Assembly: GCA_910585805.1 (NCBI GenBank)
Contig: CAJUFB010000015.1
Span: 1,793 to 65,792, forward strand
From: an uncultured Acetatifactor sp.
Lineage (GTDB): Bacteria > Bacillota > Clostridia > Lachnospirales > Lachnospiraceae
Length of the DNA stretch: 64,000 bases
Direction of reading: 5' to 3'
The position numbers and the translations under genes were made by a program. The notes below the pieces were generated by a model. The model worked only from the letters and a program-made list of their open reading frames with translations, had not been told where the DNA came from and did not search any database. Position 1 is the first letter of the stretch. Each line of letters starts with the position of its first letter. Of this stretch, positions 27,354-36,786 are shown piece by piece.

Positions 27354-27653
27354 GCTTCAGAGAAAAGCATGATCTTCAGACCGGATTGAGGAGTCCGGTT
27401 CGGATGTCTTTCGGGGCTTTCAGCGGCGGAACCGTTTCCGCGCATGGGGCTGAAGGTCCTGAAAGTGTTCTCTCTGTAAACGGAAGCAGCGATTCTTTGG
27501 GGGGCGGAAATTGTCGCATAATTTGCGAAAAATATGGGAAGTGTACAAAATTAATAAAATCGAAAAAAATTGAAAAAAGTACTTGCATTTTTTCGAAAAG
27601 TGTTGTAGGATATAGAAGTACCGCAGATGCGGGACAAAATACAAAAGCAATAT

Positions 27654-27725
27654 GGCTGATTGGTCAAGCGGTCAAGACGCCGCCCTCTCACGGCGGAAAC
27701 AGGGGTTCGATTCCCCTATCAGCTG
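27654..27725 (+). tRNA. tRNA-Glu (anticodon CUC)
   Basis: Cloverleaf read by hand: acceptor GGCTGAT/ATCAGCT, D arm GTCA-AGCGGTC-AAGAC, anticodon stem CCGCC/GGCGG with loop CTCTCAC, and T arm AGGGG-TTCGATT-CCCCT. The discriminator is G and CCA is not encoded. Confidence 0.85.
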
Positions 27726-27733
27726 TTAAAAGG

Positions 27734-27772
27734 ACTTTGAGATTTCGTTTTGGAGATTTCAAAGTTTTTTTA
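27734..27772 (+). terminator. intrinsic terminator after tRNA-Glu
   Basis: 13-bp stem (2 G-U pairs) 27734-27746 / 27753-27765, followed by a T7 tract. Confidence 0.7.
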
Positions 27773-27914
27773 TTCTAAAATGTTGATTTCGGGTTTTTGC
27801 TCTGTGTCATTAAGTGATCTTATTTTGAATTCAATATCTTATCTTGTTTCTCAGGACTGAAATTTTTATTTAAATGCTCTGTTTTTTAATATTTTCGAAA
27901 TTTTTATAATAATA

Positions 27915-27943
27915 TTGCATACTTTCAAATTATGGTGTATATT
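27915..27943 (+). promoter_or_regulatory. putative sigma-A promoter for topA
   Basis: TTGCAT (27915-27920), a 17-nt spacer, then TATATT (27938-27943), in an AT-rich spacer. Confidence 0.35.
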
Positions 27944-28021
27944 GTTTCACGACAGATACTTTATCATGGATGGGGATATGGTATCTGATATGCAATGCAG
28001 TGCAAGGTAAGGGGGCTTAGT

Positions 28022-30112
28022 ATGGCAAAATATCTTGTAATCGTGGAATCTCCTACAAAAGTGAAGACCATCAAAAAGTTTCTGGGTTCCAGCTATGAGG
28101 TGGCCGCGACCAACGGGCATGTTCGGGATTTGCCGAAAAGTTCGCTGGGGATTGATATTGAACACAATTACGAACCGAAATATATCACGATCAGAGGGAA
28201 GGGCGACATTCTTGCCCATTTGCGCAAGGAAGTAAAGAAGGCGGAAAAAATATATCTGGCAACGGACCCGGACCGGGAAGGGGAAGCGATCTCCTGGCAT
28301 CTGCTGTACGCTTTGAAGCTGGAAGAGAAGCTGGAAGAAAAAAAGGTATACCGGATCACTTTTAACGAGATTACAAAAAATGCGGTGAAGGAATCCCTGA
28401 AGAACGCGAGGGAAATAGACATGAACCTTGTGGATGCCCAACAGGCCAGGCGGCTTTTGGACCGTATGGTGGGATATCGGATCTCGCCTCTGCTGTGGAG
28501 CAAGATCAAGAGAGGCTTAAGCGCCGGGCGGGTACAGTCGGTGGCACTGCGCATTATCTGCGACAGGGAAGAGGAGATCAATGCTTTTATCCCGGAAGAG
28601 TACTGGTCTCTGGATGTGGATCTGAAAGTGAAGGGAGAGAAGAAACCCATCGCTGCAAAGTATTATGGCACTTTAAAAGAAAAACAGGGGATTTCTTCCA
28701 GGGAACAGGCAGAAGCCATTATGGAATCCCTGAAAGACGCGCGCTACAGCGTGCGGGAAGTGAAAAAGGGAGAGCGTCTCAAAAAGGCTCCGCTGCCCTT
28801 TACCACCTCAACGCTCCAGCAGGAAGCGAACAAGGCGCTGAATTTTTCCACTCAGAAGACCATGCGGCTGGCGCAGCAGCTCTATGAAGGGGTAGACCTG
28901 AAAGGGGAAGGGACGGTGGGACTGATCACGTACCTGCGTACAGACTCCACCAGGGTGTCAGGGGAAGCGGCAGAGGCAGCGGCGGATTTTGTGGGTGCCC
29001 ACTATGGCGGGCAATATCGTTCGGCGCTTCAGGAAGAGAAAAAGGCCGGCCAGAGAATACAGGATGCCCATGAGGCGATCCGGCCTACGGATATAAAGCG
29101 CACGCCTGACAGCATAAAGGAGCAGATGCCCAGGGACTTGTTCCGGCTTTACCAGCTGATCTGGAAGCGATTTGTGGCCAGCCGCATGAGTCCGGCAAAG
29201 TACGAGACGACTTCTGTAAAGATCCAGGCTGCGGACAGTGTTTTTACGCTGGCGGCATCCTCTTTGCGGTTTGACGGTTTTATGAAGGTATACAGTCTGA
29301 AAGAGGACAGGGAAGAAGACAATACTCTGTCCGTGGGATTGAATGAGGAAAGTGAGCTTTCCTTCCTGTCCTTTGATCCCCAGCAGCATTTCACCCAGCC
29401 GCCTGCCCACTACACGGAAGCCTCTCTTGTGAGGGAGCTGGAAGAGCTTGGCATAGGGCGTCCCAGTACCTATGCGCCTACCATTACCCTGATCATTGCC
29501 AGGCATTATGTGGTCAAGGAGGGGAAGAACCTCTATGTCACGGAGTTGGGGGAAGCCGTGAACAATATGATGAAGGAAGCCTTTCCGGCCATTGTGGATG
29601 TGCATTTCACGGCGGGGATGGAGCAGCTGCTGGACGGCGTGGAAGAAGGCAGTGTGAAGTGGAAGACGGTGGTATCCAATTTCTATCCGGATCTGGAGAA
29701 GGCGGTGCAGGCAGCGGAGAAGGCGCTGGAGCATATCTCCATTCAGGATGAGGTCAGTGATGAGGTATGCGAGCTCTGCGGAAAACAGATGGTGATCAAG
29801 TACGGTCCCCACGGACGTTTCCTTGCGTGTCCGGGATTTCCGGATTGCCGCAATACCAAGCCTTATTTTGAGAAGATCGGTGTGCCGTGTCCGAAATGCG
29901 GCAGGGATATTGTGCTGAAGAAGACGAAGAAAGGCAGAAAGTACTACGGTTGTATCGACAATCCGGACTGCGATTTTATGGTGTGGCAGAAGCCTGCGGG
30001 AGAGAATTGTCCTGACTGCGGCGCGCCGCTGTTGGTGAAGGGAAACAAATTAGTATGTTCCAATGCGGAGTGCGGGTATAATATACCGGCGGAAGTGCCG
30101 AAGAAAGCATAA
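28022..30112 (+). CDS. topA: DNA topoisomerase I
   Basis: Toprim N-terminus MAKYLVIVESPTKVKTI, ATDPDREGEAISWH, active-site region YLRTDSTR, and C-terminal Cys4 zinc ribbons. I prefer ATG 28022 over 27995. Confidence 0.95.
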   Translation: MAKYLVIVESPTKVKTIKKFLGSSYEVAATNGHVRDLPKSSLGIDIEHNYEPKYITIRGKGDILAHLRKEVKKAEKIYLATDPDREGEAISWHLLYALKLEEKLEEKKVYRITFNEITKNAVKESLKNAREIDMNLVDAQQARRLLDRMVGYRISPLLWSKIKRGLSAGRVQSVALRIICDREEEINAFIPEEYWSLDVDLKVKGEKKPIAAKYYGTLKEKQGISSREQAEAIMESLKDARYSVREVKKGERLKKAPLPFTTSTLQQEANKALNFSTQKTMRLAQQLYEGVDLKGEGTVGLITYLRTDSTRVSGEAAEAAADFVGAHYGGQYRSALQEEKKAGQRIQDAHEAIRPTDIKRTPDSIKEQMPRDLFRLYQLIWKRFVASRMSPAKYETTSVKIQAADSVFTLAASSLRFDGFMKVYSLKEDREEDNTLSVGLNEESELSFLSFDPQQHFTQPPAHYTEASLVRELEELGIGRPSTYAPTITLIIARHYVVKEGKNLYVTELGEAVNNMMKEAFPAIVDVHFTAGMEQLLDGVEEGSVKWKTVVSNFYPDLEKAVQAAEKALEHISIQDEVSDEVCELCGKQMVIKYGPHGRFLACPGFPDCRNTKPYFEKIGVPCPKCGRDIVLKKTKKGRKYYGCIDNPDCDFMVWQKPAGENCPDCGAPLLVKGNKLVCSNAECGYNIPAEVPKKA

Positions 30113-30321
30113 TAGCGGCTGAGATTGACTTATATTTTTGCGCAATATAAAAAATTTGAGAGTTTTACATTGTATTCAGGAATTTTTTGTGATATACTGT
30201 AAGCTGTCAGCAAAGTAAGCGGTCGCTGAGCATCCAATTGTTTTGTTAGTCTCCAGGGCGAAAATTCAAGATGTGCGAGGTGATTGCGCATGTCCATGGG
30301 CATCAAAACGGAGGGATGCGT

Positions 30322-31110
30322 ATGAGTAGTGTACAGCTTCTGGATAAAACCAGAAAAATTGGTAATTTGTTGCATAATAATAATTCCAGCAAGGTCGTAT
30401 TTAACGATATCTGCACGGTGATGCGGGAAATTCTCAATTCGAATGTCCTGGTTATCAGCCGCAAGGGTAAAGTCCTGGGGATTGGGAAAGCAGAGGGCGT
30501 GCAGCCAATCACGGAGCTGATCAATGAGAACGTGGGGGGATTTGTGGACTCCATGCTGAACGAGAGACTGCTTGGGGTTCTTTCTACCAAGGAAAATGTA
30601 AATCTGGCCACATTGGGATTTGAAAGCACGGACGTGAAGAAGTTTCAGGCCATTATCACACCCATCGGCATTGCGGGGGAGCGGCTGGGCACGTTATTTA
30701 TCTACAAATGTGATGTTCAGTATGACATAGACGATATTATTTTATGCGAATATGGCACGACGGTAGTGGGACTTGAAATGCTGCGGGCAGTAAGTGAGGA
30801 AAACGCCGAGGAAAGCCGTAAGCTGGCGGTGGTAAGGTCAGCTATCAGCACGCTTTCTTTTTCGGAGATGGAAGCTATTACACATATCTTTGACGAGCTG
30901 AACGGGATGGAAGGCATCCTGGTAGCCAGCAAGATCGCGGACAGGGTGGGGATCACCCGGTCAGTTATTGTAAATGCGCTGAGAAAGTTTGAAAGCGCAG
31001 GGGTTATTGAATCGCGTTCTTCCGGAATGAAGGGAACTTATATAAAAGTGCTGAATGATGTGGTGTTTGACGAGATTGAGGAGCTGAAACATCAGAATCG
31101 GCATGAGTGA
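30322..31110 (+). CDS. codY: GTP-sensing pleiotropic transcriptional repressor CodY
   Basis: MSSVQLLDKTRKI...GERLGTL...the C-terminal wHTH ASKIADRVGITRSVIVNALRKFESAGVIESRS is diagnostic of CodY. I prefer ATG 30322, which lies 7 nt after GGAGG. Confidence 0.9.
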   Translation: MSSVQLLDKTRKIGNLLHNNNSSKVVFNDICTVMREILNSNVLVISRKGKVLGIGKAEGVQPITELINENVGGFVDSMLNERLLGVLSTKENVNLATLGFESTDVKKFQAIITPIGIAGERLGTLFIYKCDVQYDIDDIILCEYGTTVVGLEMLRAVSEENAEESRKLAVVRSAISTLSFSEMEAITHIFDELNGMEGILVASKIADRVGITRSVIVNALRKFESAGVIESRSSGMKGTYIKVLNDVVFDEIEELKHQNRHE

Positions 31111-31720
31111 AGACGGGACATCGGGTGCAGGGATGTGCATCGCGGAAGATGGAGCGCCGATCTGACGGACAGAAGAAAATGAAATATGAATCAAAAGGAT
31201 TTGGACTGGCACAGTGCGCTGTGCCATAAGATAAAAGGACTTATGTTGACGTGGCAATGGGAGAGAGTTTCATTGTCCGGTTTGGTGCAATGGAAATTCT
31301 GTGTTTTCATCGCATGCAAATAAGTCCTTTTTTCCTTTTGAAAATAGAGATATACTCGTGAACGCATTTAATTGCCGTATTCAGCCCTGGATAGCGTATG
31401 CGTTCACACGTTATACTGTGCAGACCGGAAATTATTTGCGTTTAGGGGTATAATTTGCGGACGGTTGTCGGGTCTGGCAATATTTACAAGGATAAAATAA
31501 TATGTTTTTTGGATTTTGTATATTGTAATTTATGTGGATTTACTATAATATAGTTGAGTGGATAGAATTAAGCTTGTGAGCGCATTCGTTTGCTGTTTTG
31601 TTTTCTGAATTCAGAAGCGCTCACTTGTCATTCATTTGTTTCGGCAAATGTTTTTGACCGTGAGTATAAATTCGCGTGATATTTTGAACAGGATAGAGGA
31701 CGCCGTGAAAGGAGAGGAAA

Positions 31721-32110
31721 ATGTTTCAGTCAAGTGTATTCGACTATGTGAACGTATTGGATAAGGCGGCGGATGCCAGCTGGCTCCGCAACGATGCCAT
31801 CGGAAATAATCTGGCCAATGTGGACACACCGGGTTATAAGAGACAGGATGTGGCATTTGAGGATGTGCTGAAAAGGGAACTGGGGTTTGGCCGTTATAAG
31901 ACAACGGACGCAAAGGTGGCTGCCATTAACACCAGCAGATTGGTTCCGACCATATTTACAGATCATGGAAATTATTCTTACCGTCTGGATAAGAATAACG
32001 TTGATGTGGATACGGAAGGAGTCATGCTGGCGGAGAATCAGCTGAAATACCAGGGACTTATGACAGGGATCAATCAGGAATTTCTGAATCTGCAGACTGT
32101 TATGAAGTGA
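31721..32110 (+). CDS. flgB: flagellar basal-body rod protein FlgB
   Basis: The motif ASWLRNDAIGNNLANVDTPGYKRQDV and its position as the first gene of the flagellar operon. Confidence 0.9.
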   Translation: MFQSSVFDYVNVLDKAADASWLRNDAIGNNLANVDTPGYKRQDVAFEDVLKRELGFGRYKTTDAKVAAINTSRLVPTIFTDHGNYSYRLDKNNVDVDTEGVMLAENQLKYQGLMTGINQEFLNLQTVMK

Positions 32111-32194
32111 CAGGGGCAGGTGTTTTTCTGATGCTGTTTTGTTTTTGGAACCAATGGTCTTTTGAGACTATATTTTGAGAGAGGAGCAAGAATT

Positions 32195-32710
32195 ATGAGC
32201 ATGTTTTCTGCTTTTAATATCAATGCTACAGGCATGACCGCAGAGAGATACCGGATGGATGTTATCTCCGAGAATGTGGCAAATGCAAATACGACAAGGA
32301 CGGCTGACGGCACCCCCTACCGCAGGAAGGTGGTTTCCTTTGCAGAGAAGACATATCAGGCTTCTTTTCAGCATATTCTGGGGCGGCAGACGCATATACA
32401 TTCATCCTCAGGGACGAATGCCAACATGACACATACCCATGAGGTGGCACATACCCACACAGGACAGGGATATACAGGGAACGGTGTCAAGGTGAACGGT
32501 CTGTATGAGGACCATGTGACAGAGATGAATATGGTATATGACCCGTCTCATCCCGATGCGGACGAGAATGGCTATGTTACATATCCCAATGTGAATATTA
32601 TTACAGAGATGACCAATATGATAGATGCAAGCCGTGCTTATGAAGCCAATGCCACTGCCTTCAATGCCACCAAGGCCATGATGCAGAAGGGACTGGAGAT
32701 CGGTTCATGA
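32195..32710 (+). CDS. flgC: flagellar basal-body rod protein FlgC
   Basis: MSMFSAFNINATGMTAERYRMDVISENVANANTTRT plus the C-terminal SRAYEANATAFNATKAMMQKGLEI. I prefer ATG 32195 after GAGAGGAG. Confidence 0.9.
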   Translation: MSMFSAFNINATGMTAERYRMDVISENVANANTTRTADGTPYRRKVVSFAEKTYQASFQHILGRQTHIHSSSGTNANMTHTHEVAHTHTGQGYTGNGVKVNGLYEDHVTEMNMVYDPSHPDADENGYVTYPNVNIITEMTNMIDASRAYEANATAFNATKAMMQKGLEIGS

Positions 32711-32818
32711 TGAGCGGCTGCTTTCAGGTGTATGGAAACAGATGACCGGTGGGGATTTTTGCTGGAAGAGAAGCATATCTGATCCGGGTCGGATATAATA
32801 AGGAAAGGCATACATATT

Positions 32819-33163
32819 ATGGATTTATCAGCGATCACACCAATCAACGGACTGGGCACAGTCACGGATGTCAGTCCTTCAGGGCGTACATCCTTTACCG
32901 GAGTCCTTACGGAAAAGAACGATGCGGCAGAAGGGACTCTGTTTGATTCCTTTTTAAACTCTGCCATCAATAACATCAAGACCACAAATGAATATCTTTC
33001 CGATGCGGAAGATATGAATATCAAGTTTGCCATGGGTGAGACAGAGAATGCCCACGATCTGACCATTGCGCTGCAGAAAGCTTCTACGGCGCTGCAGTAT
33101 ACGGTGGCAGTCAGGGATAAACTTCTGGATGCATACAAAGAACTCATGCAGATGCAGATTTAG
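32819..33163 (+). CDS. fliE: flagellar hook-basal body complex protein FliE
   Basis: The C-terminal motif HDLTIALQKASTALQYTVAVRDKLLDAYKELMQMQI and its position. Confidence 0.85.
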   Translation: MDLSAITPINGLGTVTDVSPSGRTSFTGVLTEKNDAAEGTLFDSFLNSAINNIKTTNEYLSDAEDMNIKFAMGETENAHDLTIALQKASTALQYTVAVRDKLLDAYKELMQMQI

Positions 33164-33236
33164 GAAAAGCAAAAGCATGGATGCCGCAGAAGTGGATTGA
33201 AATGAGGAATTTAGATATGACTAGGAGAGAAGTACC

Positions 33237-34844
33237 ATGGCTGACAAGCTAAAAGAGATACCAGGAAAAATACTGGAATGGTGGAATAAATTTACCAACA
33301 GGCAGAAGACCATTATTGTCATAATCGCTGCCGCTGTTGTATTCACCTTTGTCATCGTTATATATACTTTCACCAAACCTGAATACATCAGGCTTGGAAC
33401 TTATGAGAACACCACTACCGCGGCAGAGATTGTGGAAATACTTGATGGAGCCGGTATCACCCACCGGGAGTCGGCGGATGCGCTGACCGTGGAAGTGCAG
33501 AGCGGTCAGGTGGCACAGGCGAAGCTGGCAATCGCCGCTGAAGGGTATGTGCCGGATGACCTGAAGTACAGTGACTACGTACAGAGCGGGATGTCTACCA
33601 CATCAGCGGACAGAAACAATCAATATCCGCTTTTCCTGGCGAAATATATGGAAAATACGTTTCGCCAGGCAACGCCTGTGAAGGATGTAAGCGTGGGGCT
33701 GACTCTGGCACAGAATACAGGAAGGCTCAGTGAAACAAAGCAGGAATCCCATGCGTATATCCAGGTGACTGTGGATGAAAGCTTTACGGCGGCAAATGCG
33801 ACAGCCATGGCGAAAGGGGCTGCCACTTTCCTGGGAAATGATTCTACGGCAAATATTACCATCGTGGATCAGAATTTCAATATCCTGTATGCCGGAGGAG
33901 ATGAATATTCCACCATGGGGATTGCCAGTTCCATGCAGGAACTGAAGAACCAGGCGGCCCTGTGGATGACAAACCAGGTGAAGAAAGTGCTGTTGGGTAC
34001 GAAACAGTACATGACGATAGAAGTAGCCAGTCATCTGGATGTGGATTTTTCCGATTACACCCAGCGTGTGACCGAGTACTACACCAACAATGAAAATGGC
34101 AACGGCCAGATCACCCATCAGGATCTCTATAATCTGGAGAGCACCAACGGTGTGGAGGGGGTTCCCGGGACGGATTCCAACGGGGAGGATCTGACAGGCT
34201 ATGTTAATCCGGATTCCAGCGGAGGAACCACTACTTCCAGCGAGTCGAGTACGGAATATCAGCCGAATGTGTCGGAGACCGTGACCAACGGGCCGGCGGG
34301 AAGTATCCGGTACGAGAATTCTTCTCTGTCAGTATCCATGATCAGGTATCGTGAATATAATGAGGAGACGGTGGAAAAACAGGGACTTCTGGACGTTATT
34401 TCCTGGGAGGAATTCAAGGAACAGAACAGAGACAGCATCAAGCAGGAAGTAGATGAGGATTTTTTCCGGCTGGTGGCCAATGCAAGCGGCATCAGCGAAG
34501 ATAAGATCACCATCGTTGCTTATGAAGAGCCTGTTTTTTACGATAAGGAAGGATTCAGTCTCAGCGCTACGGATATCACAAGTATTGTGATGATTATACT
34601 GATCCTGGCATTGCTTCTCTTCGTGGTTCTGCGCAGTATGGGACCCAGGAAGAAGGCAGTGGAGGAAGAGCAGGAACTGCCCGTGGAAGAGATTCTCCAG
34701 TCTACTCAGCCCGAGGCTACAGTGGAGGATATTGATGTGGAGGCCAAGTCCGACACGCGCAGGATGGTTGAGAAGTTTGTGGATGAGAATCCGGAAGCGG
34801 CGGCGAATCTGCTGCGGAACTGGTTGAATGAAGATTGGAATTAG
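33237..34844 (+). CDS. fliF: flagellar M-ring protein FliF
   Basis: 535 aa with N- and C-terminal TM helices and a YscJ/FliF ring-building region. Position between fliE and fliG. Confidence 0.9.
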   Translation: MADKLKEIPGKILEWWNKFTNRQKTIIVIIAAAVVFTFVIVIYTFTKPEYIRLGTYENTTTAAEIVEILDGAGITHRESADALTVEVQSGQVAQAKLAIAAEGYVPDDLKYSDYVQSGMSTTSADRNNQYPLFLAKYMENTFRQATPVKDVSVGLTLAQNTGRLSETKQESHAYIQVTVDESFTAANATAMAKGAATFLGNDSTANITIVDQNFNILYAGGDEYSTMGIASSMQELKNQAALWMTNQVKKVLLGTKQYMTIEVASHLDVDFSDYTQRVTEYYTNNENGNGQITHQDLYNLESTNGVEGVPGTDSNGEDLTGYVNPDSSGGTTTSSESSTEYQPNVSETVTNGPAGSIRYENSSLSVSMIRYREYNEETVEKQGLLDVISWEEFKEQNRDSIKQEVDEDFFRLVANASGISEDKITIVAYEEPVFYDKEGFSLSATDITSIVMIILILALLLFVVLRSMGPRKKAVEEEQELPVEEILQSTQPEATVEDIDVEAKSDTRRMVEKFVDENPEAAANLLRNWLNEDWN

Positions 34845-34859
34845 CGAGGTACATAAATC

Positions 34860-35882
34860 ATGCCAAAGACTGCTGCAAGCGAGGGGGGAATCAAGGGAGT
34901 TCAGAGGGCGGCCATCCTTTTGATATCCCTGGGACCGGAGCGTTCTGCCGGTATCTTTAAACATTTGAAGGAAGAAGAGATAGAGGAACTGACACTGGAG
35001 ATTGCCAATACCAGAAGCGTGACCCCGCAGGTGAAGGAAGAAGTGATCAATGAGTTCTACGAGGTCTGCCTGGCTCAGCAGTACATTGCGGAAGGCGGTA
35101 TCGGCTATGCCAAGGATCTGCTGGAGAAAGCGCTGGGCGCAGAGAAGGCAATGGATGTCATCGGCAAGCTGACGGCATCGCTGCAGGTGAAGCCTTTCGA
35201 GTTTGTGCGTAAGACGGATGCTACACAGCTGATCAACTTTATACAGGATGAGCATCCTCAGACTGTTGCGCTGATCTTGTCCTATCTGGTACCGCAGCAG
35301 GCTGCGCAGGTGGTGTCGGCACTGCCTCCGGAAAAGCAGGCGGATGTGGCAAGGCGTATTGCAGTCATGGATCGCACCAGCCCCGAGATCATCAAGGAGG
35401 TGGAGAAAGTGCTGGAATCCAAGCTTGCAAGCCTGGTCAATCAGGATTACACCATCATCGGCGGTGTGGATGCCGTGGTGGAGATCCTGAATACAGTGGA
35501 TCGAGGTACAGAGCGTCATATCATGGAGACTCTGGAAGTGGAAGTGCCGGAGCTGGCGGAAGAGATCAGGAAGAAGATGTTCGTATTCGAGGATATCCTG
35601 CTTCTGGACGACAGAGCCATTCAGCGTGTGCTGCGTGATGTGGAGAATAATGATCTGTCCGTGGCTCTGAAGAACGCAAATGAAGAAGTCAAAAATGCGA
35701 TATTTAATAATGTATCCAAGCGTCTTGCCGTTATGATCAAGGAAGATATGGACTTCATGGGACCTGTCCGTATGAAGGATGTGGAAGAGGCGCAGCAGAA
35801 GATCGTCAATATCATCAGAAAACTGGAGGATTCGGGTGAAATCGTAATCTCCAGAGGCGGAGGTGACGAGATCGTTGTATAG
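34860..35882 (+). CDS. fliG: flagellar motor switch protein FliG
   Basis: AAILLISLG.E.SA.IFKHL..EEIE.L...I...the C-terminal segment MFVFEDI..LDDRAIQRVLR is typical of FliG. Confidence 0.95.
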   Translation: MPKTAASEGGIKGVQRAAILLISLGPERSAGIFKHLKEEEIEELTLEIANTRSVTPQVKEEVINEFYEVCLAQQYIAEGGIGYAKDLLEKALGAEKAMDVIGKLTASLQVKPFEFVRKTDATQLINFIQDEHPQTVALILSYLVPQQAAQVVSALPPEKQADVARRIAVMDRTSPEIIKEVEKVLESKLASLVNQDYTIIGGVDAVVEILNTVDRGTERHIMETLEVEVPELAEEIRKKMFVFEDILLLDDRAIQRVLRDVENNDLSVALKNANEEVKNAIFNNVSKRLAVMIKEDMDFMGPVRMKDVEEAQQKIVNIIRKLEDSGEIVISRGGGDEIVV

Positions 35883-36723
35883 TAATCTGCTTAAACGTTT
35901 TTCCATTGAGACTCCGGCAGCTGACGGAAAACGTGTCATTGACAGCAATGGGTTGCTGAAGAAACGTCAGGAGAAAATGGCCGAAGAGAATGCGCGCAGG
36001 GAAAGCGACGGAGGCGGCTTTGTCTCCGGACTGATGCCGGTGGATGTCCTTGAAGCCCCGGAAGACGGGGGCAATCTCATCAAGGCGCAGGATGAGGCGA
36101 AAGAAATTCTGGAACAGGCAAGATCGGAAGCCGACGGCATACTGACAGAGGCCCGGGCTGAGGCGGAAAAAATCCGCAGGGAAGTAAAGGCGCAGGCAGA
36201 GGCAGAGAAAATGCAGGTGATCGATCGGGCGAAACAGCAGGGATATAGTGAAGGTCTGGCGAAGGCACAGGCCCATGAAAATGCCATGGAACAGGGGTAT
36301 CTGGAGCGTGCGCGCGCACTGGAGGATGCCTACCAGCAGCAGGTGGATATCCTGGAACCCAGATTTGTGGATACCATCACAGGTATTTACGAGCATATAT
36401 TTAATGTGGAGCTTTCATCCTGCCGTGAGATACTGACTTATCTGATCGCCACAGTATTACATAATCTGGAAGGAAGCCGCAGTTTTATCATACATGTGTC
36501 GAAGGATGACTATGCCTATGTCAGCATGCAGAAAAAGCAGATGCTGGCAGGTGTGGTTTCCGAGAATACAAGTGTGGATGTGGTGGAGGATCTGACTCTG
36601 AGCAAAAATGACTGCATGATCGAGACAGAGAACGGCATTTTTGACTGTGGGTTGGGAACGCAGTTGTCAGAGCTGAAAAAGAGGTTGATGCTTCTTTCCT
36701 GGTCAGGGGAAGAAGAGCAGTAA
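35863..36723 (+). CDS. fliH: flagellar assembly protein FliH
   Basis: Position between fliG and fliI, and an E/A/K-rich coiled-coil centre. The start is ambiguous between GTG 35863 and TTG 35875. Confidence 0.65.
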   Translation: MTRSLYSNLLKRFSIETPAADGKRVIDSNGLLKKRQEKMAEENARRESDGGGFVSGLMPVDVLEAPEDGGNLIKAQDEAKEILEQARSEADGILTEARAEAEKIRREVKAQAEAEKMQVIDRAKQQGYSEGLAKAQAHENAMEQGYLERARALEDAYQQQVDILEPRFVDTITGIYEHIFNVELSSCREILTYLIATVLHNLEGSRSFIIHVSKDDYAYVSMQKKQMLAGVVSENTSVDVVEDLTLSKNDCMIETENGIFDCGLGTQLSELKKRLMLLSWSGEEEQ

Positions 36724-36786
36724 AGGAAATTGTCTGAACATATGCGGAACTGAAAACGGCATGTGTGTGAAACAGGAGGAAGTTTT

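Noticed and set aside
27350-27778. A 142-aa ORF spanning the polC-topA spacer.
   Set aside because: It runs straight through the tRNA-Glu gene and its terminator, and there is no RBS.
31111-31720. A c-di-GMP class I riboswitch or a recombinase-flipped flagellar switch, as in the C. difficile flgB leader.
   Set aside because: - I could not find the conserved GEMM-I tetraloop/receptor core by eye.
- The inverted repeats flanking a candidate invertible segment are short and imperfect, GTGAACGCAT against GTGAGCGC.
- There is no recombinase gene nearby.
- I kept the region as a generic regulatory-region finding. A covariance-model scan would settle the question.
34329-35948. A 539-aa ORF antisense to fliF and fliG. 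Similar antisense ORFs lie at 1899-2945, 14821-15786, 19761-20948, 25701-26804, 45811-46575 and 54295-55440.
   Set aside because: I checked each one. All are in the same reverse-complement register as the sense gene (offset mod 3 = 2), so the explanation given for the polC antisense ORF applies. The sense genes have unmistakable family motifs.
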